Shown here: positions 38,562 to 52,329 of the stretch, piece by piece
Layout of the letters: each line of letters starts with the position of its first letter
How positions within the stretch are numbered: the first letter of the stretch is position 1
Assembly: GCF_004010195.1 (NCBI RefSeq)
Contig: NC_057718.1
Location: forward strand, 44,954,083-45,014,330
Length of the DNA: 60,248 bases
Direction of reading: 5' to 3'
Source: Chiloscyllium plagiosum
Taxonomy: Eukaryota
Program-made: the position numbers and the translations under genes
The notes under the pieces: generated by a model
Databases searched by the model: none
Told to the model about the DNA's origin: nothing
Seen by the model: only the letters and a program-made list of their open reading frames with translations

Positions 38562-38750
38562 TAGTCTGAATTGCTATTTTGAGTTGCCTGGAGACACTAA
38601 ATCAGGCATCTGCAATTTAATACTCAAGTACTAATGAGATGCAATTTTTGTGGAGCAGTACTGGGATCTTCACAAACACATTCCCACTATAAGTATATGC
38701 TGGTTCCTGTGAAGCAGCACATCTCTGGGCAGGATAGGGATCATGTGAGA

Positions 38751-38840
38751 AGGCCACACAGATTATTGGACACTATCCTGGAGGTCCTGGTGGAGTAGGT
38801 CCAGAGGAGGAGTGATGTTATGTACCCACAGGGGAGGAAA
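38751..38840 (+). mobile_element. Possible Harbinger-associated Myb/SANT-like ORF relic
   Basis: Translates RPHRLLDTILEVLVE*VQRRSDVMYPQGR, like the RxxRFSxxxLEVLVxxVxxRxxVLFP start of Harbinger Myb/SANT proteins. Confidence 0.35.
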
Positions 38841-39220
38841 GCAGTCCACCGTACCCTTCTGTACTTCTCATCCCTCCCAACAGCTGGTGCTATTTGCCTA
38901 ATTTCCTTTCCTCCTCCCTCCCTCCTGCAAATCAAGGGTGGCAGCTATGGTTTGGGTGAGTAGATACTCCCTTTCTCCTGGTAACTGCTTACTATTCTTG
39001 GATTGAATCCTGAGAGAATTTCTGGAATAGAAATTGATAAAGTTTTGTTGATGTTTTGACAAAATGATCCGGAAAGTCACCTGATTCATTTCAAAGATCC
39101 TCTTCAAATTCTTAGCAGCCAGTGAAATGTAAAAGTAATATACATTCTATGTGGCACTCAAACTTCTTAGTGATTACTTGTTTATTCCCTATCAGCTAGC
39201 TTTTAAATAAAACATCATCC

Positions 39221-39470
39221 TGTTATGGACCAGGCCAGACCCCCTTAAAATATTTAAGAAGGTGGCCTCGACCCAAACGTTTTCTTATTTTAAAGACAGA
39301 TGTGAAGTGGATAGTCCAGGTGTGATGCAGCTGGTCAAAGCACTCGGCTTTAAGCAAAACAGAATTTATTTAAACAGTGCAGTGGAAACACAAACAAAAG
39401 ACAATGGAATTTACAATAACTTAACTATTGATAAATTAATTGACCTGATAGAGTAACTAGCTGTTCCAAT
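39221..39470 (-). mobile_element. Truncated solo LTR-like element (same family as 12658)
   Basis: tgttatggaccaggccagaccccc...ccaggtgtgatgcagctggtca is shared with 12658-12920. Confidence 0.75.
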
Positions 39471-40685
39471 CTTACTCATCTATAGTTCTCAGGCTTCTCA
39501 TTCTAGCCTTTCTTAAATAAAGGCATAATGTTAGCTACCCTCCTGACTTCTGGCATCTCACCCGTGACTATAGATGATACAAATACCTCTGCGAGGGGCC
39601 CTGCAATTTCTTCCCTAATTTCCACAATGTCCAAGGATACATTTCATCAGATCCTGGAGATTTATCTCCCTTTACACTTTTTAAGACTTCCAGCACCTCC
39701 TCTTCTGGAATATAGACTATTTTCAAGACATCGATATTTATTTCACAGAGTTCCTTAGTTTCCATGTCTTGCTCCACAGTAAATACTGAGGCAAAACATT
39801 TATTTAGTATTTCTGTCATCTCCTCTGGCTCCACACAGATGACCTTGTTGATCTTTAAGGGGCCTTATTCTCTCCCTAGTTGCTCTTTTGTCCTTAATAT
39901 ACTTATACATTCTCTTTGGATTATCTTTAACTTTATCTGCCAAGGCTATCTCCGATTTCCACTTTGCTATCCTGATTTCCCTCTTAAGAATGTCTCTACT
40001 CCCCTTATACTCTTCAAAAGATTCATTTGATCCCTGTTGTATACTTGACAAATGCCTCCTTTTTATTCTTAACCAGTGCCTCAATACATCTATTTATCTA
40101 TTGTTCTCTACTCCTACCAGCCTTACTCTTCATTCTAACAGCAGCATATCGCCTCTGAACTCTCATTATCTCACTTTTGAAAGCCTCCCATTTGCCATTT
40201 GTCCTTTTACCTGCAAACAATCTATCCCAATTTCTGAAAGTTCTTGTCTCATACTTCAGTCCAATTTAGAACTTTAACTTTTATACAAGGCCTATCCTTT
40301 TTGGTAACTACTTTAAAACTAATAGAATTATGATCGTTGGTTCCAAAGTGCTCTGCCCTGACATTTCAGTCACTTGTCCTGCCTTATTTCCCAAAAGAAG
40401 GTCAAGTTCTGCTACTTCTCTAGTAGGTGCATTTCCATATTGATACAGAAAACAAATTCCTCCCCATCACTATGGGAGTTGCAGTCTACATTTGGAAAAT
40501 TAAAGTCTTCTACTATTACAACCCTATTATTCTCACACATAACTGAAATCTCTCTACATATATGCTCCTCAGTTTCCCACTGACTACTGGGAGCCTACAA
40601 TATAATCCCATTAAGGTGATCATCCCCTTCTCATTTCTAACTTCCATCCATATAGATTCACTGGGCAATCCCACAGGAATATTGG
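39471..40685 (-). mobile_element. CR1 ORF2 internal fragment
   Basis: EILNKCFASVFTVE, DKSPGSDEMYP, ADKVKDNPKRMYKYIK; EN region GDDHLNGII. Confidence 0.88.
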
Positions 40686-43168
40686 AATATGATGATGCAG
40701 TGGGATGTAGAGAGACAGATTAGGATTTCAAAAGATTGAGATGTATCACCTGGTTCTTCTTCATAGTCTGTGCAATCAACTACATCTGCAATAAATTACA
40801 TTTTGTTTGAGATAAGAAACTATTCTTGTCAGATGACCAAGTGGTTTTCCTGTAACATATTACACCACGTTGTCCTGTAGATTCATACCAGGAAGAAGGA
40901 TGGCTGCTGCAAAGCTGCCAGAAAGCTCATACAACATGATGAGCGCTGCTGAGGGTATTTGGCCAAAGGGTTTAAGGGCATTGAAGGAAGAAGTGGCAGA
41001 TGGAGTTGATCAGATTACCAGTGGCACAGCTAAAGATTTGTTTGAGTAAATGGAGGGCCTAAGTCTAGGTGGCTGGGTATTTAAAAGTGAAGTTGTTCAT
41101 AACCAGAGAAGATTAATTTTTCCCTTGTAGCAGATGTGGAATGCAAGATATCAGAAGTGTTTGTCTGTGATTGAGATGATATGACTAGAGACTATTGGAT
41201 GGCAAGATGAAACAGTGGCCATGAATATCAGTAGAATGCTGTGATAGAAGTGCATTGACTGTGCATTGTACAGAAGCAATTGGTAAAATAATGCTTCACA
41301 TTACAAAACTTGTTGGCCAAGTTTACTCCAAATATTTTATTACCCTTTTTTGACTAATTCTCATCTGTTTGTCTAAATTAGTATTTTTTTCAAACCATTT
41401 ATCTTCTATGAATAAATAACATGTAAACTAAAAAAGATACATTAAACATGTAACCCATCATCTGAACAATTCAAGACAGTGAGGAAAGCATATTTGCAAA
41501 TATATTTCCATTTGAAAGCATCAATCCAATGTGTTCAGTTAAAACTACTGTAAGAGAAACTTTCAAGACATTATTGCATTGGCTTCATCATCTCATGTAG
41601 AATATAGAATTAGTAGCCATGGAAGATCTTTGTAATAAATATTTATAATTCATTCTAGAATAATGTAGAATATACAGCACAGAAAGAGATCATTCAGCCA
41701 AACCAATCAACGTTCCACTTAAGCCTTCTTCCATCCTTTCTCATCAATACTAATCTCTACTCCCTACTCGTTTAATACAGGATTATTTGGCATCTCCATA
41801 AATATATCTAGGCTGTTGGTTGCAATCATTCTGTGTAATAGTGAGTTCCACATTCTCACTAATTCTCTGGGCAAGATATTTCTTTCTGAATTTCCTACTC
41901 GATTCCTTGGTGCAAGTTTTACACTGGTGGCCTGGAATTTGACTTTTTCCCTCAAATGGAAATACTTTTTCTCTTCCTTCTTTATCAAAATATTGTATAA
42001 TTTTCTAAACCTCTATTAGCTCAGCCGTTAGGATGCGTTAGCTCAGAGGGGATCCAGAGGAGGTTGCAAAACAATGTTTCAATCATTTCCTGATACTATC
42101 CATTAGAATATCAAATCTTTAGAAATTTACCCCTCCACATCAAATCTTAAATGGCTCACCTTATTTGATTCTTCTTAATTCTTTCTGGTGAATTGTTAAG
42201 ACTTCTTACATGAATACTCACAAAACTCAGAGCTTAGACTTCCTCCTTCTCCAATAGACTGCAGATTTCCAACCAAACAATCTTGGTGTGGAAGTTCCAC
42301 AAATTAAATTTTACTACTGAGGTAACTGGTCTGTCCCTGATCCATCTTATACTCCAATATAGGAGGAGGACTGTACTTGCTTCTGAATCCAGTCAGGTCT
42401 CTTCCAAAACTCTCCAAATAATTTCTAATGGATTTTCGAAGCTAAAATCAACCTGTAATTATTTTGAACTACAAACAAGCTAAGTGATTTCAATGTTTAC
42501 GCTCCCTGTTATGAACCAATTCAATAAAAACAATTCTGCTTTAGTAGCCCAGGGAATGTCTACTCTCTGACACACACTGAATTAAGTCATTGTTCTGGAA
42601 GGTCTGTCTTACCTATACACTTTCATAAGCTCTTTACTGAAGTAATCAACCGCTTATAACAGTTCTTTAAAATCTAAACTGTAAAAGTAATTTCTTTATC
42701 TTTAATATATTTATATTTTTCATGTATATTATTAATTATAATATATTAACATATATATATCACATAACTCTCAAAAATAGTTTGTGCGGTTTCAGTGTCT
42801 TGTGATAATATGTTCATTCCAGTTCAGATGATGCTGTTTATTCTATATTAGTTTCATTGAACTTGGTTAACCTATAAGTTCAGCTATTTGTTATAACCAT
42901 CAGTGCCTTTCCCTTTTAAAACAATTTCAATTCAGGTATTAAAATCAGATGATGGAATTCCAAAATGAACAGTCCATATTTTATTACTATCCATGAGAAT
43001 TGGAGGATGTTTAGAAATCTCTCTTGCAAAACGCAATTGATTCAAGATCAATTGATAATTCTAAAACTAAGATGGGTAGTATTTTGGAACATAGGTAAGA
43101 ATATACCGCTGAACCATGAATCAGACAGGTGCTTATCGAATGGCAGAATAGGCTCAAGGGTGTTATGA

Positions 43169-43352
43169 GTCAAGATTGTGATGCTGTTAAAGCACAGCAG
43201 GTCAGGCAGCATCCGAGGAGCAGGAAAATCGATGTTTTGGGCAAAAGCCCTTCATCAGCTCTTCATTCAGGCATTTGCTGCCTAACTTGCTGTGCTTTTC
43301 CCGCATCACACTCTTGGCTCTAATCTCTAGCATCTGCAGTACTCACTTTCGC
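43169..43352. mobile_element. Fold-back PLE fragment with 16-bp TSD
   Basis: TSD ctcaaggg(t/g)gttatga at 43153-43168 and 43353-43368; inverted arms at 43168-43212 and 43276-43320. Confidence 0.85.
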
Positions 43353-43828
43353 CTCAAGGGGGTTATGACCTGTACCTGTTCCTGTGCACCTAACTTCCAT
43401 GCTGACTATTCATTATTACATTTTGGGTCAATCCAGTTCAGGGACAAGAATCTGATGAAGAGACCTTTTCAAGATCCTCAGAAGAAAACATACCTCCTTG
43501 AAAAACATTCCAATTGGTTTACAGAAGAAAGACAGGCTTTCACGCCAAGAACATTGAGGAATAAAGCAAAGTCATTCCTTTTGAAGTACAAGTATTATAC
43601 AGCACCTAAAAACATGCAAGGCAATCCAAGTGTAACTCCAACATATAATGAAAGGTATTTTTGATTGCATTGTAAAATAAGATGAAATTTAAAGATAATT
43701 TCTAGTATGTAGGTTTAAGTAATGACAGTTATATTTTTCGTATATTTATGGTCAACAAAAAAAATTAATTGCAACAAACAAATCTTAAACAAATAAATAA
43801 CTGTGTGTATTTTTCATTTACAAGGTAG

Positions 43829-43910
43829 CTTTTGTTGCCTGAGCGTAATGCTTAGCTATTCACTTCGGGTCTTCAGGCTTCTACCTATCTTAGATGAGCA
43901 CATCCAACCA
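43829..43910 (+). CDS. Host gene exon D (C-FCCLSVMLSYSLRVFRLLPILDEHIQP), phase 2->0
   Basis: tatttttcatttacaag-gtag| tandem acceptor and CCA|gttagt donor; 27 open codons. Confidence 0.68.
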
Positions 43911-44919
43911 GTTAGTGATTCTCCAGCATCCTTTTTGAAATGTATTTCTGACATAACCCTTGAATTACTGTAATATGTCTGAGGAATTAAGAAGCTGTCT
44001 TACCCAGATCAAATGGGTACAAGATTTGGCAAGGTTTCCTCCCAGTTGGGCTGGAAATGTTTCATCAGTATCCTCTCTTTTGTCCCCACTGGGAACAAAG
44101 AAAGAGGTAGTGGGGTCTTAAATCAGGTGCCATGGCAGGGTGCTGTGCACATCACCTACCCAACTCTACTCAGATTTGATCTATGGGAGGTACATATTCT
44201 GTGGTCTACCCATCTTTTGTCAATTAATAGTAAGAATATGTTTTCTCTGTCTGCTGGGCACCAGTGTTTAGGGGAATAATTCCATCAGCTGTGACAATAG
44301 GGCTACAAGAGAGGCATTTGCCAACAGAATCCTGGGCCATGGAGCTGTCAGTATTGCTCAACTCTCCGCTCCCCCCTACAGGAAACTGTAGGAAAGCCAT
44401 CTGCAGGCAACTGCTGACTTTGCCGTGTGATTGCCAGCAGTCCAGGGAAGTGGCCCTATGCTGCTCCTTTAATTGGCTAAATTGACAAAGCCTCTGTTGT
44501 TCAGGCTTGCAAGTACAATCGTTGGTATCAGTTTCGTCACCACTATGATCCTATTTGTTGTTCCCTTCTAACGAGTTTGGGTTTGAATCGGACTAAAGTG
44601 AGAGGGTAGAAGATACGGAAGTAGGGGGACAGGCAGATGATGGTGAGGAGAACTGCACACAGAGCTCAGAAGGAATTAATACTTAAACTGATTTGATGTG
44701 ATTCAAAACATGGAATTTATGAGTTTGTCTAATCAACACGGAATGTGAAACAACCGTTTTCAATGGGTTGCATTTTAATGAATGTGAAATTGGATCCAAT
44801 CATAAAAGTTTGTAACATTTTAGCGACTAAAAATGCTTTATTCTCTGGAGTATTTCTGATGTTGTATGTTCATGTTTTCTCAGAAATATGCCTGAGATAA
44901 AATTCCTCTTGATCATAGT

Positions 44920-45250
44920 CAGGTTATCTCATTGAAACTTACAAAATACTTAAAGGGATAGAAAGAGTAGACGCAAGTAAGATGTTCCTCCTGTTTTGAG
45001 AATCTAGAATCAATGGGCACGTTTTAAAAATAAGGGTGATGCCCAACTTAGGTTCAAGATGAGGAGAAAAATGTTGTGAAACTTTGGAATTTGCTAGCAC
45101 AAAGAGCTGTGGAAGTAGAAATTGATTGATTTCCAACAGCATTCAGGGTCATGGGGGAAGACATTGAAATGTTCATTTACCATGATTATAGAAAATGGCA
45201 GGGCAGGCTCAATGGACTGAATGGCCTCCTCCTATTCCTATGTTCCTAAA
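44920..45250 (+). mobile_element. Decayed CR1 3' end
   Basis: gatctcattgaaac-like start and aatggcctcctcctattcctatgttcct tail. Confidence 0.75.
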
Positions 45251-46519
45251 TAGTGCCGCAATAGTCTAGGTTCCAGATCTGTAATGCGCTTCTAAAATCC
45301 TGAAGAATCTGCCTATCACAGCTATAGTTTCCTCATCTATCCTCCCTGCAATGCATCCCTGCATCATGACTCAGATTCTCCAGTGCTCTTGTTAAATATT
45401 CTGACCAAAGTTTTCCGTAATTCCCTGTTCTGGTCTACCTAGGCCTGCTGCCAGGAAACTACACTGAGCTTTTAAATCACTTGAGCCAAAAACAAAAGTG
45501 CTGAAAACACCCAAAATGACAGAGCAGAGAAGCGAAGCAGACAAAGGGAAATTTCTTGCAGAGTTTGTCACATTGCCAGCCCTGGATAGGCCATTGCAGT
45601 TCATCAGGCATTGATCAACAATTCACAGGGTCAACAAAATGAAACTCCAAGTCATTCTCGCCTGTTTTTCTGCTTTCTTGGCTGGCTTTGAGGGTGGCCT
45701 TCCTTTTTGATATCCCTGTTACCTACTTAGGGAGTCCCATTACCACATTGCTAAAGTTTATGGTTCTATTGCTCCCTGCATCTCGTAAGCTTCTTATGAA
45801 AATATAAATGTTCCGACACTGGAAATGACTTTTTATATTGGACCACATTTTTGTGGTGAAAGTAATAGTGTATCCGCCAGCATGCACTGTTATGAATGAG
45901 TAAATCAGGCAGCAATTTAGAGCATCCAATTATGTGCCGTTAAACCAAAATGCAGGAAGTTGCTACCCGAGTTGGCTTGCTCCTGAGCATTGTTACACCT
46001 ATGTATTAATGAGAAAATTGGTATGTACAAACATGTTCCACCATAAAGTTACCCACCATATATCCTCGAATCACTTAAAGGAATTACCACTTGTCTGTTC
46101 AAATATGGACAATCTGAATGTAACTTTTTTTCTGTCGCTTTTATCTTTCTTGCACTTACTTATCCATTTCTTTTTCTCTCTTTAAGTTGTTTTCTCTAAA
46201 TGATTTTAGAATTTTTTAAACTTACACTTCCTGCTTTGGATTCTGTGGCCAGATCTTCAGGTCTACATACATTCAAATTAGATTGTGGCAGTCAACAAAG
46301 CTAGGCAGCATCCAATTACAGAGTTACAGCCCCATTCCCAGAGTGCCTGATATTTAGGATGCCAGGATAAGAGTGTGAGTAGTGAGCCAACACTGAACAA
46401 TCCCATCCTAGGCTATACCCTTGTAGAAATGGGCATTTCAGACATACCACTATTCTTATGGTATCAACACCATTCTGGTAGGAGACATGGATCACGGCAC
46501 TTTACCATCTCAGCAGTGG

Positions 46520-46770
46520 CAGTTATGAAATAATCACTGATTGTCACAAAAAACCCAATCTGGTTCACTAATGTCCTTTAGGGAAGGAAATCTGCCATCC
46601 TTGTCTGATCAGGTCTACATTGACTGCAGACCACAGCAATGTGGCTGACTCTTAACTGGCCTCTGAAATGAGTTAGCCAGGCACTCATTTCACAGGTAAT
46701 TACAAATAGCCATCAAATTCTGGCCATATTAGCGACTTCCACATCCTATGAAAGAATACATTTTAAAAAC
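46520..46770 (+). mobile_element. Bipartite SINE-like derivative of CR1 family 2
   Basis: Body matches the LINE 5' region 59710-59890; tail matches the LINE 3' end 57650-57715. Confidence 0.75.
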
Positions 46771-47992
46771 TGCATTTCCCATGCCCTTTCCATATGTTTT
46801 CCATTAACCTGTACTGCTTTCATGCTTCCTGCACCTCAATTTTCATTCATTCCATATGTGCTATGTACAGAACCTATGAACTGCATACTAATAATGAAAA
46901 TTCTTCAAAATCCTTTCAAAAATCTTGTTTAAAAAACAAACTGCTGCTCTTACAGCCTTATAAAAATGTTAATCTGACACAATCAATCATTCTAACAATA
47001 ACAGAAACTTTACCCCACTTCACACCCCTTATTCCTGTCCAAATAAACACAGACATTGGAAAATCACATCCAAGCAACAATAAATTAACAATAACTTCAT
47101 AAAGATGTCAATCTGGCAAAACTTCAACTTGTATAAAGAGAGCCCCTGCAGAGCTGTTTCCGTTCGAGTGCAACCAAGCATTCATAGTGAGGCCATCTGG
47201 AGAAACAGACATCTGGCCATCTCCTTCTGTTGCTACAGTTCCCTGATAACCTCATTGTGAATCTCACTCTCCCATGCAACCCCTGTAGCTCTTGAAGTTT
47301 ACTTACTTCAAGTGCACATCCAATTTCTTAATGAAATCATCGATCATCCATCACCTTTGTGGCAGTGAACTTCTGGTCATTACCTGTCGCTGCATGACAT
47401 ATTCTACCTCATACTCTCTCTGCACCTCTTGGACAAGACTTTCAGTCTGTGTAAATTATTCCTTGTACCATCTGCTAATGGTAATAGGTTTTTTTCTTAT
47501 CTAATTCTGTGCTGACTAACCGCAAGTAATTAAAACTTCTTCAAATGCTTATTGATTTTTATTCCCCCATTATTTTTTCTAAAACCTCACACATCACACA
47601 TGTTAAACTAATTGGTCTGTAGTTACGAGGAATATCCTTATGCCTGTTCTTGAATAAAGATGTCACATTTGTCAACCCTCTGGCTTCTCCATCATATCAA
47701 GAGAAGACTGAAAGATCATGGCAAGCCCTTCCACTATCAGCACTCACACTTCCCTCAGCAACCAGGGATGCAAGACATCAGGTGATTTATCTACTCTAAG
47801 CACCTGCTTTTACAATATCTTCTGTCACTCACTTTTAATCCATCCATTGTCTCTACTGCTTCCACATCCATGATATTTTGTTAGATTTCCCTTCTTAAGT
47901 AAACACTGATAGAAGTATTATTGCTTTATCATGGATCTCTAAGCACATTTCACCCCCTTTTTTCCCAAAATAAGACCTACTCCACCTTGTAC

Positions 47993-48635
47993 TATTATGG
48001 ACCAGGCCAGACCACTCAAAACATTCTTAAGCAGGCAGCCCAAGCCATAACTTTGCCATTTGTTTTGGTAAGTTTACAGTGAACATTACCCGGAGTAACT
48101 TAGTAGGTTGACTACCAGGTTTTAAAACAGACAAACATTTATTCACAAAATTACACAATGAAACACAAAAAACAGTATAAAGAACCCCTACAGAACTCAG
48201 TCTATCCAAACTATGCTATTCTGAATATGCAGAATAGTCCCAATAAGCAAACCCCTTAACCACAGTAAAATTGAAACAAAGGCTTACAGGTTGAAGTTAG
48301 AAGGGCAGAAGGAGAGAGAGTTTAGCAGCCTGCTTCCACACAATCAACTGTTTCAATCCCTAACTAGTCCTGGCCTGAACTGCTCAGCTTAACTTCAGTT
48401 TCCAGGACTGGCCGCTCCCCTTTCATTATACAGGTCACTTCTAAACCTAAAAGCTTTGGCCTAAAGTCTCCTCTGTTTACGTTTAAACAAAAAGGCCTCT
48501 CAATACACTTTAATCTCTGTACTAAACCAGTCTAATCAGAGCCAAGGGCTGTTTACAACACCTCTGAAAAAACAAGGACATAGAATTCTTGAGAAAAGGA
48601 ACAGCTTTTAGAAAAGAAAGGACCAGCTTTGTGTC
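47993..48635 (-). mobile_element. Solo LTR-like element (related subfamily)
   Basis: Starts tattatggaccaggccagacc and ends gtgtca; ggactggccgctcccctt is shared with 13121-13135. Confidence 0.7.
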
Positions 48636-48721
48636 ATTTACATACCAGTAGAAGACTTTTGACACTTTTTATTTACTGACTGTCATATATTCTTATACTC
48701 TGTCTATATGTTGACCACACC

Positions 48722-50135
48722 AGATTTAAAAAGGGAATAAGGCAAAAGATGGAAAGTTACAGGCAAATGAGCCTAACGTCAATAGTAGGTAAGATTTTGG
48801 AGTCCATCATGAAGGATGAGATTCCTGAATACTTGGAAGTGTATGATAAAATAGGGCAAAGTCAGTGTGGTTTCATTAATGGGAGGTCATGCCTGACAAA
48901 TCTGCTAGAATTCTTTGAGGAGGTAATGAGTAAGTTAGACCAAGGAGAGCCAATGGATGTTATCTACTTGGACTTCAAAAAAGCCTTTGACAATGTGCCA
49001 CACAGGAGGCTGCTGAGAAAGATAAAGGCCCATGGTGTTAGAGGCAAGGTGCTAGCATGGATAGAATCTTGGCTGTCTGGCAGAAAGCAGAGAGTGGGGA
49101 TAAAAAAGCTTTTCTCAGGATGGTAGCTGGTGTAAGTGGTGTTCTGTAAGGTTCACTGTTGGGACCACAACTTTTCACTTTATGCGTTAATGATCTAGAT
49201 GTAGGAACTGAGAGCACTCTGGCTAAGTTTACAGATGATACAAAGATAGCTGGAGGAACGTGTGTAGTATTGAAGAGACGGGGAATCTGCAGAAGGATTT
49301 GGACAGGTTAAGAGAGTAGACAAAGAAATGGCAGATGGAGTACAAGGTGGGAAAGTGTGAGGTCATGTACTTTGGTAAGAAGAATAGAGGCATGGGCTGT
49401 ATTCTAAATAGGGAAGGTATTCAGAAGTCTGAAGTAGGAAGAGACTTGAGCGTTTTAGTCCAGGATTCTCCTAAGGAAAACTTACAGGTTGAGTCTGTAG
49501 TTAGAAAGGCAAATGCAGTGTTGGCACTTATTTTGAGAGGATTTGAATATAAAAGCTTGGATGTACTTCTGAGCTCTACATGGTGCTGGTCAGACCACAT
49601 TTGGAATATTGTGCACAGTTTTGGGCCCCATATCTCATGAAGGATGTACTGGCCGTAAGAGCGGATTCAGAAGAGGTTCATGAGAATTATCCGTGGAATG
49701 AAAAGCTCAATCTATGAGAAATGTTTGAGGGCTCTGGGTCTATACTCGATAGAGTTTAGAAGGATGAGGGGGGATCTGATTGAAACTTACAGAATACTGA
49801 ATGGCCTGTACAGGATGGATGTTGGGAAGATGTTTCCATTGTTAGGAGAGACCAGGACCCAAAGGCACAGTCTTAGAGTAAAGGGAAGATCTTTTAGAAC
49901 AGAGATAAGAAGAAACTTCTTTAGCTAGAGAATGGTGAATCTGTGGAATTCACTGCCACAGAAGGCTGTAGAGGCCAGGTCACTGAGTATATTTAAGATG
50001 GAAATAGATAGGTTCTTGATTGTCAAGGGGATCAAGGGTTATGGAGAGAAAACGGGAGAATGAGGTTGAGAAATTTATCAGCCATGATGGACTGAATGGC
50101 CTAATTTTTGCTACCATGTCCTATGGTATTATGAT
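48722..50135 (+). mobile_element. CR1 LINE, RT and 3' UTR (same family as 25230)
   Basis: GRSCLTNLLEFFEEV, DVIYLDFKKAFD, RGDLIETYRIL; collinear with 26270-28070. Confidence 0.95.
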
Positions 50136-51373
50136 CTAATTTATCTCTCCACCACTTATCTTAATCTTACAGCTGTATCTAAGATCTACATCTGCTTCTC
50201 TAACCTCCAGTACTGCATCAGCAAACATTTCCTCCAATTAAGTTTTGGAAGGATCAAAGCCATTGGCGTCCATCACTAAAAATTCCATTCTCAAGTCTGT
50301 TCCTTTCTCTGAAAGCCATTTGATGCAAAACAAGATTTTTTGCACCTGTTCTTATTCGTGCCTTTGTTGCCTCTAGACAAGACTCCCATGTTGTATTCTT
50401 TCTAAACTTGAGGTTATCCAAAAGCTTCTTGCCACATCCAAGCACACACCGAATTATGTTCAATCATTATCCATGTGTTCACTGACCTACATTGACTCCC
50501 AGGTTTTAAATTGCTGACCCTTCCTAACTCTGATCTTTCTGAACCCAACAATATTCTGCAATATATGTGCTCCATTAATTCTGATCTCTGAAACATTCCC
50601 AATTTTACAGCAGCTGCTGAAACCTTAGGATCAGGCATTCCCTTTTTAAATATCTCGCCAGTCTTTCTTTCCTCTTTAAGATATTGAGCAAACCTATTGT
50701 CATCTGCCTGAGTATCTCCCGCTTCTACCTCCTGCCCAAAATCCACAAACCTGACTGCCCCGGCCGACCCATTGTCTCCGCCTGCTCCTGCCCCACCGAA
50801 CTCATCTCCGCATACCTTGACACCGTCCTGTCCCCCTTAGTCCAAGAACTCCCCACCTACGTTCGGGACACCACCCATGCCCTCCACCTGATCCATGATT
50901 TTCGCTTCCCCAGTCCCCAACGCCTTATCTTCACCATGGACATCCAGTTCCTGTACACCTCCATCCCCCATCACGAAGGACTCAAAGCCCTCCGCTTCTT
51001 CCTTTCCCGCCGACCCAACCAGTATCCTTCCACCGACACCCTCCTTCGACTGACTGAACTGGTCCTCACCCTGAACAACTTCTCCTTCCAATCCTCCCAC
51101 TTCCTCCAAACCAAACGAGTAGCCATGGGCACGCACATGGGCCCCAGTTGTGCCTGCCTCTTCGTAGGATATGTGGAACAATCCATCTTCCGCAACTACA
51201 CTGGCCACACCCCCCACCTTTTCCTCCGCTACATCGATGACTATATCGGCGCCGCCTCGTGCTCCCACGAGGAGGTTGAACAGTTCATCCACTTCACCAA
51301 AACCTTCCACCCCGACCTCAAATTCACCTGGACAGTCTCAGATTCCTCCCTCCCCTCCCTCGACCTTTCTATT

Positions 51374-52329
51374 NNNNNNNNNNNNNNNNNNNNNNNNNNN
51401 NNNNNNNNNNNNNNNNNNNNNNNNNNNNNNNNNNNNNNNNNNNNNNNNNNNNNNNNNNNNNNNNNNNNNNNNNNNNNNNNNNNNNNNNNNNNNNNNNNNN
51501 NNNNNNNNNNNNNNNNNNNNNNNNNNNNNNNNNNNNNNNNNNNNNNNNNNNNNNNNNNNNNNNNNNNNNNNNNNNNNNNNNNNNNNNNNNNNNNNNNNNN
51601 NNNNNNNNNNNNNNNNNNNNNNNNNNNNNNNNNNNNNNNNNNNNNNNNNNNNNNNNNNNNNNNNNNNNNNNNNNNNNNNNNNNNNNNNNNNNNNNNNNNN
51701 NNNNNNNNNNNNNNNNNNNNNNNNNNNNNNNNNNNNNNNNNNNNNNNNNNNNNNNNNNNNNNNNNNNNNNNNNNNNNNNNNNNNNNNNNNNNNNNNNNNN
51801 NNNNNNNNNNNNNNNNNNNNNNNNNNNNNNNNNNNNNNNNNNNNNNNNNNNNNNNNNNNNNNNNNNNNNNNNNNNNNNNNNNNNNNNNNNNNNNNNNNNN
51901 NNNNNNNNNNNNNNNNNNNNNNNNNNNNNNNNNNNNNNNNNNNNNNNNNNNNNNNNNNNNNNNNNNNNNNNNNNNNNNNNNNNNNNNNNNNNNNNNNNNN
52001 NNNNNNNNNNNNNNNNNNNNNNNNNNNNNNNNNNNNNNNNNNNNNNNNNNNNNNNNNNNNNNNNNNNNNNNNNNNNNNNNNNNNNNNNNNNNNNNNNNNN
52101 NNNNNNNNNNNNNNNNNNNNNNNNNNNNNNNNNNNNNNNNNNNNNNNNNNNNNNNNNNNNNNNNNNNNNNNNNNNNNNNNNNNNNNNNNNNNNNNNNNNN
52201 NNNNNNNNNNNNNNNNNNNNNNNNNNNNNNNNNNNNNNNNNNNNNNNNNNNNNNNNNNNNNNNNNNNNNNNNNNNNNNNNNNNNNNNNNNNNNNNNNNNN
52301 NNNNNNNNNNNNNNNNNNNNNNNNNNNNN
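51374..52329. other. Assembly gap (956 N)
   Basis: Run of N. Confidence 1.

Noticed and set aside
43452..43490. CTGATGAAG start of a hammerhead (also at 35689)
   Set aside because: No paired stem II followed by GAAA and NUH.
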